Positions 56,943 through 64,000 of a DNA stretch of 64,000 bases are shown one piece after another. The notes beneath the pieces were generated by a model. That model was not told where the DNA came from. It saw nothing but the letters and a program-made list of their open reading frames with translations, and made no database searches. The translations under genes and the position numbers were made by a program. The stretch covers positions 5,617 to 69,616 of the forward strand of contig JBGMOD010000018.1 in assembly GCA_041424235.1 (NCBI GenBank), in the 5' to 3' direction. How positions within the stretch are numbered: the stretch's first letter is position 1; every line of letters begins with the position of its first letter. The stretch is from Hyphomicrobiales bacterium. Its GTDB lineage: Bacteria; Pseudomonadota; Alphaproteobacteria; Rhizobiales; Xanthobacteraceae.

Positions 56943-58292
56943 ATGATCCCGTCCCGATCGCAGCCGACTGACGCGTCCGCGTACACCAGGGGTGAGCGCG
57001 TGGCGATCATCCTGTCCTGCATGCTCGGCTTTGCGCTCGATCTCTATGACGTGCTGATCATGCCGTTCCTGATGGGCTCGATCCAGAAGTCGCTGCAGAT
57101 TTCGCTGACCCAGGTGGCCAGCGTGACCAGCCTCACTTTAGTGGGCTCGGTGATCGGTGGTGCGCTGTTCGGCTGGCTGGGCGACCGCATCGGCCGCAAG
57201 CAGGCGTTGCAATTGACGCTCGGCGTATTCGCTGCGGGCTCGATCGCCTCGGCTTTCGCCTGGGACTACGGCAGTCTCGCCGTGTTGCGTTTCATCACCG
57301 GCATCGGGCTTGGCGGCGAGTGGGGCGCCGGCATGGTGCTGTTCAACGAAGCCTGGAACAAGGAGCGGCGCGGGCTTGGCAGCGCCTTCATCCAGGGCAG
57401 CGCCGTGATCGCCAGCGCGGGCGCCTCGATCGTCGGCGTCTGGGCCACAACGTCGTTCTCGCTGGAGTGGGGCTGGCGCATCGCGCTGCTCACCGGCGGT
57501 TCGCCGATCCTGCTGATGATCTTCATCCGCGTGTTCATGCCGGAATCGAAGGCCTGGCAGCAGTTCGACCGCAAGCGCGCCAGCGGCGAGGTGCTCACCA
57601 GCGTCGCCACCGGCAACACGCTGGCGGCGATGTTCCGCGGTCCGTTGCTGCCGATCTCGCTGATGTGCCTGGCGTGGATGATGGCCTACATGTTTGCCTA
57701 CTACGGCATCGTGGTGTTCATGCCGACCCTGCTGCAGAAATCGCTGAACACGCCGCCGGAGATCGTGCGCAACATCTCGGTGATCGCCTCCATCGTCGGC
57801 GGCCTGTCATATCTCAGCATGGGCGCGCTGAACGACGCGCTCGGACGCCGTTTCGGCGCGCTGTTGCCGGGGCTGTCGTGGGTGCTGATGGCCTGCGGGC
57901 TCTATGCCTACGCGCATCATGCGTATCCGGGCGGCCTCACAACGTTCCCGATGTTCTGGATCTACCTCGCCTTCGTGATCGGCAATTCGGCGCTCGGCGT
58001 GGTCGGCACATGGCTGTCGGAGATCTATCCGATTGAAGTGCGCGCCACTGCGGTGTCGGTGGTCTACATGGCCGGACGCGGCATCGGCAGCTTCGCGCCA
58101 GTGGTGGTGCCGCTTGCGGCAGCCCATCTCGGTGGCGAGCTGTCCGCCGGCATGCTGGTGGTGGTGCCTGCGATCGTGCTGTTCCTCGCAATGACCCTGG
58201 CGCTGCCGGAGACCCGCCGGCGCGCTCTCAAGACTTCAGCAACTTCGCGGCACGGCGCGGCGCCGTCCGATGCGACCATGATCGGGAGATAG
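56943..58292 (+). CDS. MFS transporter (aromatic acid/sialate type)
   Basis: GFALDLYD, FGWLGDRIGRK, GLGGEWGAG, EIYPIEVRATA. Confidence 0.9.
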   Translation: MIPSRSQPTDASAYTRGERVAIILSCMLGFALDLYDVLIMPFLMGSIQKSLQISLTQVASVTSLTLVGSVIGGALFGWLGDRIGRKQALQLTLGVFAAGSIASAFAWDYGSLAVLRFITGIGLGGEWGAGMVLFNEAWNKERRGLGSAFIQGSAVIASAGASIVGVWATTSFSLEWGWRIALLTGGSPILLMIFIRVFMPESKAWQQFDRKRASGEVLTSVATGNTLAAMFRGPLLPISLMCLAWMMAYMFAYYGIVVFMPTLLQKSLNTPPEIVRNISVIASIVGGLSYLSMGALNDALGRRFGALLPGLSWVLMACGLYAYAHHAYPGGLTTFPMFWIYLAFVIGNSALGVVGTWLSEIYPIEVRATAVSVVYMAGRGIGSFAPVVVPLAAAHLGGELSAGMLVVVPAIVLFLAMTLALPETRRRALKTSATSRHGAAPSDATMIGR

Positions 58293-58294
58293 AC

Positions 58295-59155
58295 ATGCGT
58301 TTGTTGAGTTATATCGTCAACGGCAAGCCGTATTACGGCGCCGCGATCTCCGGCGGTGTGGTCAATCTCACCGGGCGGATCGGACATCTCTATCCGGATT
58401 TGCGCAGCCTGATCGCCGGCGATGGACTGGAGGCCGCACGCAAGGCGGTGGCCGGGCAGGCGGCCGATCACGCGCTTGAGGATCTCACGCTGCTGCCGCC
58501 GGTTCCGGCGCCGGAGAAGCTGTGGTGCATCGGAGTCAACTACAGGGATCGCAACGCCGAGTACAAGGACAACTCGGATCTTCCGAAATATCCGAGCTTG
58601 TTTGTGCGCAATCCGTCGTCGGTGGTCGGCTCCGGCCAGCCGATCGAGAAGCCGAAGGTGTCCGAGCAGCTCGATTACGAAGGCGAAATTGTCATCGTGA
58701 TCGGCAAGGAAGGGCGGCATATTCCGCGCGACAAAGCCTGGGAGCACATCTTCGGGATGTCGCTGTGCAACGAGGGCAGCGTGCGGGACTGGCTGCACCA
58801 CGGCAAATTCAACGTGACCCAGGGCAAGAACTTTGACCGTTCCGGCAGCATCGGGCCGTGGATCGTTACATCGGACGAAAACGATCCGCGCGGACCGCAT
58901 GACATCGTCACTCGCGTCAATGGCGAGGTGCGCCAGCAGGATTCGACGGAACGGCTGATGTTCCCTTTCGACTTCCTGATTCATTATCTCTCGACCTTCG
59001 CCACCTTGAAGCCCGGCGACATGATTGCCACGGGCACGCCGACCGGCGCCGGCGCGCGCTTCACGCCGCCGCGTTGGCTCAAGCCCGGCGACGTGGTGGA
59101 AGTGGAATCCTCGGGGATCGGCCTGCTCTGCAACACCGTGATCGAGGAGGCCTGA
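58295..59155 (+). CDS. FAH family protein (HpaG-like)
   Basis: [32 protein letters not shown]. Confidence 0.9.
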   Translation: MRLLSYIVNGKPYYGAAISGGVVNLTGRIGHLYPDLRSLIAGDGLEAARKAVAGQAADHALEDLTLLPPVPAPEKLWCIGVNYRDRNAEYKDNSDLPKYPSLFVRNPSSVVGSGQPIEKPKVSEQLDYEGEIVIVIGKEGRHIPRDKAWEHIFGMSLCNEGSVRDWLHHGKFNVTQGKNFDRSGSIGPWIVTSDENDPRGPHDIVTRVNGEVRQQDSTERLMFPFDFLIHYLSTFATLKPGDMIATGTPTGAGARFTPPRWLKPGDVVEVESSGIGLLCNTVIEEA

Positions 59156-59156
59156 G

Positions 59157-59960
<804 letters not shown>

Positions 59961-59975
59961 GAGAAGGAGGTCCTG

Positions 59976-60365
59976 ATGGCCAACACCCGGCGCAAGAGCA
60001 TCCACATTGGTGGCTTCAAGCACGTCAATCCGATCCCGAACGCCTGTCGCATCGGCAACCTGTTGATGTCCGGCGTCATTCTCGGCCGCGATCCCACGAC
60101 CAACGAGATGCCGAAAGATATTGAATCGCAGTGCGCCAACATGTTCGCGCACATGAAGGCAATCGTGGAGGCGGGCGGTGGCACCACGGACGACATCATC
60201 AAGATGACGGTGTGGCTGCAGGATCGCACCCAGCGCGCGCCGGTGAATGTCGAGTGGATCAAGATGTTCCCCGACGAACATTCACGCCCGGCCCGCCACG
60301 CGTTGCAGATGGATATGGACGGCGGCGCGCTGGTGCAGTGCGATTTCACGGCCGTCATCGATTGA
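59976..60365 (+). CDS. RidA family protein (2-aminomuconate deaminase-like subgroup)
   Basis: H.NPIPNA.RIG, AGGGTTDDIIK, SRPARH. Confidence 0.75.
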   Translation: MANTRRKSIHIGGFKHVNPIPNACRIGNLLMSGVILGRDPTTNEMPKDIESQCANMFAHMKAIVEAGGGTTDDIIKMTVWLQDRTQRAPVNVEWIKMFPDEHSRPARHALQMDMDGGALVQCDFTAVID

Positions 60366-60384
60366 CCGAAAGGACGCACACATC

Positions 60385-61260
60385 ATGCCGACCTATCTTC
60401 CATTCGATCCAAACCCGCGCCGCCCCTCAAAGCCGCCGCCGCCGAAATCCATCGACAGCCAGTTCCATGTGCTGGGACCGCTGGACAAATACCCGGTGCG
60501 TGCCGGAGCGGCTTATCAGATGCCGTCAGCCACCTGGGAGGCGGCGCTGCGGGTGCATCGCGCGCTCGGCATCGAGCGCGGCATCATCGTGCAGACCACG
60601 ACCTACGGCGCCGACCATGCCGTCGTGCTCGACGCCCTCGCGGCGATGGGGCCGAGCTATCGCGGCTGTGCCAACGCGCTGGTGTTCGCCGAGGCCGACG
60701 ACGCCTATCTCGCCCGGCTGCACGATGCCGGCGTGCGCGGCGCACGCTTCAGCTTTCGCCAGGAGCTCGGCGCCGTGCTGTCGGACAAGGATTTTGCCCG
60801 CGCCATCGCCCGTATCCGCGAACTGGGATGGTATGCGAAGATCCAGCCGGAGAAAGACGGCATCGTCTCCAGCGTCGACAAGTATCGTTCGCTCGACGTG
60901 CCGGTGCTGATCGACCATATGGCACGGCCCGATCCGACCCGCGGCAAGGACGATCCCAATCTCAAGGTGATGCTTGAGCTGCTGGCGCAAGGCAATTTCT
61001 GGGTGATGCTGTCGCTGGGCGAAAAGACCTCGAAGGCAGGCCCGCCCTGGGACGACGTGATCCCGATCGCACGCACCTATATCGAGGCGGCGCCGGAGCG
61101 CTGCGTCTGGGCCAGCGACTGGCCGCACCCGGTCTCGGTGGTGCAGCCGCCCAACGATGCGGATCTGCTGGAGCTGTTATATCGCTATGCGCCGGACGAG
61201 GCTGAGTTGCATCGGATTTTGGTGACCAATCCGGCAAAGCTGTTCGGGTTTGCGGATTGA
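60385..61260 (+). CDS. Amidohydrolase (LigI/lactone hydrolase-like)
   Basis: DSQFHVLG, RGIIVQ..YGADH, IDHMAR, WASDWPHP, VTNPAKLFGF. Confidence 0.85.
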   Translation: MPTYLPFDPNPRRPSKPPPPKSIDSQFHVLGPLDKYPVRAGAAYQMPSATWEAALRVHRALGIERGIIVQTTTYGADHAVVLDALAAMGPSYRGCANALVFAEADDAYLARLHDAGVRGARFSFRQELGAVLSDKDFARAIARIRELGWYAKIQPEKDGIVSSVDKYRSLDVPVLIDHMARPDPTRGKDDPNLKVMLELLAQGNFWVMLSLGEKTSKAGPPWDDVIPIARTYIEAAPERCVWASDWPHPVSVVQPPNDADLLELLYRYAPDEAELHRILVTNPAKLFGFAD

Positions 61261-61319
61261 GAGCGTAGGGTAAGGTCGACGGGACTGCGTGAGTGCCGGT
61301 GCGCTTCCAAATCACCAGC

Positions 61320-61409
61320 CGTCATGCCCGGCCTTGTGCCGGGTATCCACGTCTTTCTTCCTTGTAGCGCCGTAAGTCGTGGATGGCCGGGACAAGCCCG
61401 GCCATGACG
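61320..61409. repeat. REP-like element family B
   Basis: cgtcatgcccggccttgtgccgggtatccac..gtggatggccgggacaagcccggccatgacg. Confidence 0.85.
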
Positions 61410-61552
61410 CAGCATATCTAATGCGCTCAATACCCCAGCGGTGACGCTTTACTTTGAGCAGGCCCCTGTATTCCTTTAACCTGCGTTGACTCGCCCCCCG
61501 TACTCCGGCCATGAATCCTCTCAGGGCGCAATTCGCCCACAGGGAGGTCGCC

Positions 61553-62446
61553 ATGATCATCGAACGTCAGCAGGACGTCACGCCGGCGGTGCTCGAGGTG
61601 ATGAACCGGACACGGGATCCGCGGCTGCGCGAGATCATGCGCTCGCTGGTCACGCATCTGCACGGCTTCGTCCGCGACGTGCGGCTGACCGAGGCGGAGT
61701 TTCGCACCGCCACCGCGATCCTGAACGAAATGGGCCAGCTCACCACCGACTCGCACAATGAAATGGTGCTGATGGCGGGGTCGCTCGGGGTCTCGCCCCT
61801 GGTGTGCCTGCTGAACAATGGCGATCAGGGCAACACCGAGACCTCGCAGTCGCTGCTTGGCCCGTTCTGGCGGTTGAATTCACCGCGGGTGGAGAATGGC
61901 GGCAGCATCGTCCGTTCCGAGACGCCGGGGGATGCACTGTTCGTGCAGGGCGCCGTGCGCGACAGCGCCGGCCGGCCGATCGCCGGCGCCGAGATCGATG
62001 TCTGGCATGCCTCGCCGGTCGGGCTTTATGAGAACCAGGATCCCGAACAGGCCGAAATGAACCTGCGCGGCAAGTTCACCTCCGACGCCGATGGCCGGTT
62101 CTGGTTTCGCACCGTCAAGATGATCGGCTACCCGATTCCTACCGATGGGGTGGTGGGGCGGCTGTTGCAGGCGCAGGATCGTCACCCCTTCCGCCCGGCG
62201 CATCTACATGCGCTGATCGTCAAGCCGGGATTCAAGGTGCTGATCTCGCAGGTCTACGATCCCACGGATCCGCATATCGACAGCGACGTGCAGTTCGGCG
62301 TCACCAAGGCCCTGATCGGCGAATTCGTGCGCCACAACGAGCCGCATCCCACCGCCACGGACGTCGTGTCGCCGTGGTACGCGCTCGACTACACCTATGT
62401 GATGGAAGCCGGCGAAACCGTGCTGCCGCGGCCGCCCATCAAATAG
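61553..62446 (+). CDS. Intradiol dioxygenase (hydroxyquinol/catechol 1,2-dioxygenase family)
   Basis: LLGPFW, GLYENQD, GYPIPTDG, RPAHLH; Fe ligands intact. Confidence 0.9.
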   Translation: MIIERQQDVTPAVLEVMNRTRDPRLREIMRSLVTHLHGFVRDVRLTEAEFRTATAILNEMGQLTTDSHNEMVLMAGSLGVSPLVCLLNNGDQGNTETSQSLLGPFWRLNSPRVENGGSIVRSETPGDALFVQGAVRDSAGRPIAGAEIDVWHASPVGLYENQDPEQAEMNLRGKFTSDADGRFWFRTVKMIGYPIPTDGVVGRLLQAQDRHPFRPAHLHALIVKPGFKVLISQVYDPTDPHIDSDVQFGVTKALIGEFVRHNEPHPTATDVVSPWYALDYTYVMEAGETVLPRPPIK

Positions 62447-62472
62447 CCCGGGATGGACGAAAGCCGCATCAC

Positions 62473-63204
62473 TTATATTGTCTCGGGTGGCGTGTTCAGT
62501 GTGGCGAGCACCGCGTCGCCGGTGCGCCGGGTGTGGGCACTCAGCGCCGCGGCGAATGCGGGTGCATCGCGGGCGCGCAGGAAGGCCATGAAGGCTTCGT
62601 GCTCTTCGACGGACTCGGTCCAGCGTTTGGCATCGTAATTGGCCAGCGCACGGGCGCGAAAGATGCCGGCATTGAGCGTGGTCCAGATATTCGAGAGAAC
62701 CGGATTGCCTGCGAGGCGTGTGATCTCGGCGTGGATTTTCTGGTTCAGGCGAAAATACGCCGCGCGCGATGAATCGCGATGCAGTTGCACGAGCTGATGA
62801 TGCATCTCGTCCAGTCGGGCGATATCGCCGGCCGTGGCCTTCGCCACGGCCTGCGCGCCCGCCATGCCGTCGAGCCCCACCATCACGTCGAACATGTCGG
62901 CGATCTCGCCGGGATCAACCGGCGTGATGACGGGGGTGCGATGCGGCCGCAATTCGATCAAACCTTCGGCGGCCAGCACCTTGAAGGCCTCGCGCAGCGG
63001 CGTGCGCGACACGCCGAAGGTGTCGCACAGCGCCCGTTCCGGCAATGCGCTGCCCGGGCGCAGGTCGCCATCGATGATCATTTCGCGCAACCGCGCGATC
63101 AACTGGTCATGCAGCGAGCGGCGTTCGAGCGGGCTCGGCGATGAGTTGGCCGACAGCTTGAGGCGGGCGGGCGTGAAGCGCAGGCGAGGTTTGGGGCGGG
63201 CCAT
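62473..63204 (-). CDS. GntR (FCD) regulator
   Basis: LREMIIDG, GVSRTPLREA, SVEEH. Confidence 0.9.
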   Translation of the reverse strand: MARPKPRLRFTPARLKLSANSSPSPLERRSLHDQLIARLREMIIDGDLRPGSALPERALCDTFGVSRTPLREAFKVLAAEGLIELRPHRTPVITPVDPGEIADMFDVMVGLDGMAGAQAVAKATAGDIARLDEMHHQLVQLHRDSSRAAYFRLNQKIHAEITRLAGNPVLSNIWTTLNAGIFRARALANYDAKRWTESVEEHEAFMAFLRARDAPAFAAALSAHTRRTGDAVLATLNTPPETI

Positions 63205-63323
63205 GACGTCGTGTCCCTGCAGTCCGGATGCTGCCTCAAATAGCGGCGATCCAGCCGCTTTTTTCATCAAAAACAACCTGCAAAATATACATCTTTATGG
63301 TTGAAATTACTAGATAAATAGTT

Positions 63324-63344
63324 GATTGAATATCGTATTCAATC
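63324..63344. promoter_or_regulatory. Palindrome, probable GntR operator
   Basis: GATTGAATA-TCG-TATTCAATC. Confidence 0.6.
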
Positions 63345-63403
63345 TGGCACGAGGCTTGCTGAAAGGGATTTGTCGGACACCGTTTGTGCGTGGAGTTGAA
63401 CCC

Positions 63404-64000
63404 TTGAAACACCTCATCCTTGCCGCCATCGCGGCGATTGCCATCGTGACCGGATTTGATCCGGCGTTGGCCCAGAGCGAGCCGACGATCAAGCTCGGCT
63501 ATGCCAAGTGTGCCCATTGCACGCCGATGTCGCTGACGCCGCAGTATGCCACCGGAGTGAAGATCGACGCCGTCGGTTTCAATACCGGCAGCGACGCCCT
63601 GACGGCGCTGGTCACCAAAAACCTCGACGTCGCGCAGGTCACCTATCTCAGTTACGTGATCGCGCTCGACAAGGGCTTCGACGTCATCGCGATCTCCGGG
63701 CAGGTCAATGGCGGATCGGCCATGCTGGTGACCAATGATCTGGACGTCACGCCAAACGATTGGGCCTCGCTCAAGAAGGTCATTGCGGCCTACAAGGCGG
63801 AAGGCAAGCCGTTCCGCGTCGCCGCATCGCGCGGCAATGCCCAGGACATCCATATGCGCGGCGCCTTCGCCAAGCAGGGCATCGACGTCAACAAGGATGT
63901 CCAGTTCATCAACATTCCAAACCCATCCGACCATCTGCAGGCTTTGCGCCGCGGCGAGGTGGAACTGATCAGCACGGTCGAGCCGTTCGCGACACAGATC
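63404..64000 (+). CDS. SsuA/THI5-like ABC substrate-binding protein (truncated by window)
   Basis: TTG start after GGAG; MKHLILAAIAAIA..IKLGYAKCAHC..ALRRGEVE. Confidence 0.8.
   Translation, partial: MKHLILAAIAAIAIVTGFDPALAQSEPTIKLGYAKCAHCTPMSLTPQYATGVKIDAVGFNTGSDALTALVTKNLDVAQVTYLSYVIALDKGFDVIAISGQVNGGSAMLVTNDLDVTPNDWASLKKVIAAYKAEGKPFRVAASRGNAQDIHMRGAFAKQGIDVNKDVQFINIPNPSDHLQALRRGEVELISTVEPFATQI

Overview
High-GC alphaproteobacterial chromosomal window. The intergenic hairpin repeats, LTXXQ protein, and CtrA, LexA and EcfG-type boxes suggest Nitrobacteraceae (Bradyrhizobium/Rhodopseudomonas-like); this is inference. I see no rRNA, tRNA, CRISPR array, transposase or integrase. The first 17 kb holds an ScfR/RamB regulator, a pnbB-like lyase, a TonB-dependent receptor and several orphan small ORFs carrying global-regulator boxes, including two unannotated paralogous 35-aa membrane peptides. 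The stretch from 17 to 64 kb is a patchwork of regulator + transporter + enzyme catabolic modules for sugar acids and aromatics. It includes a 4.5-kb cassette bounded by a ~325-bp direct duplication of a hydrolase 3' end, a signal-less periplasmic-binding-fold protein that may be an enzyme, and an enoyl-CoA hydratase broken by one in-frame TGA. All protein family calls come from motif recognition by eye, not database searches.
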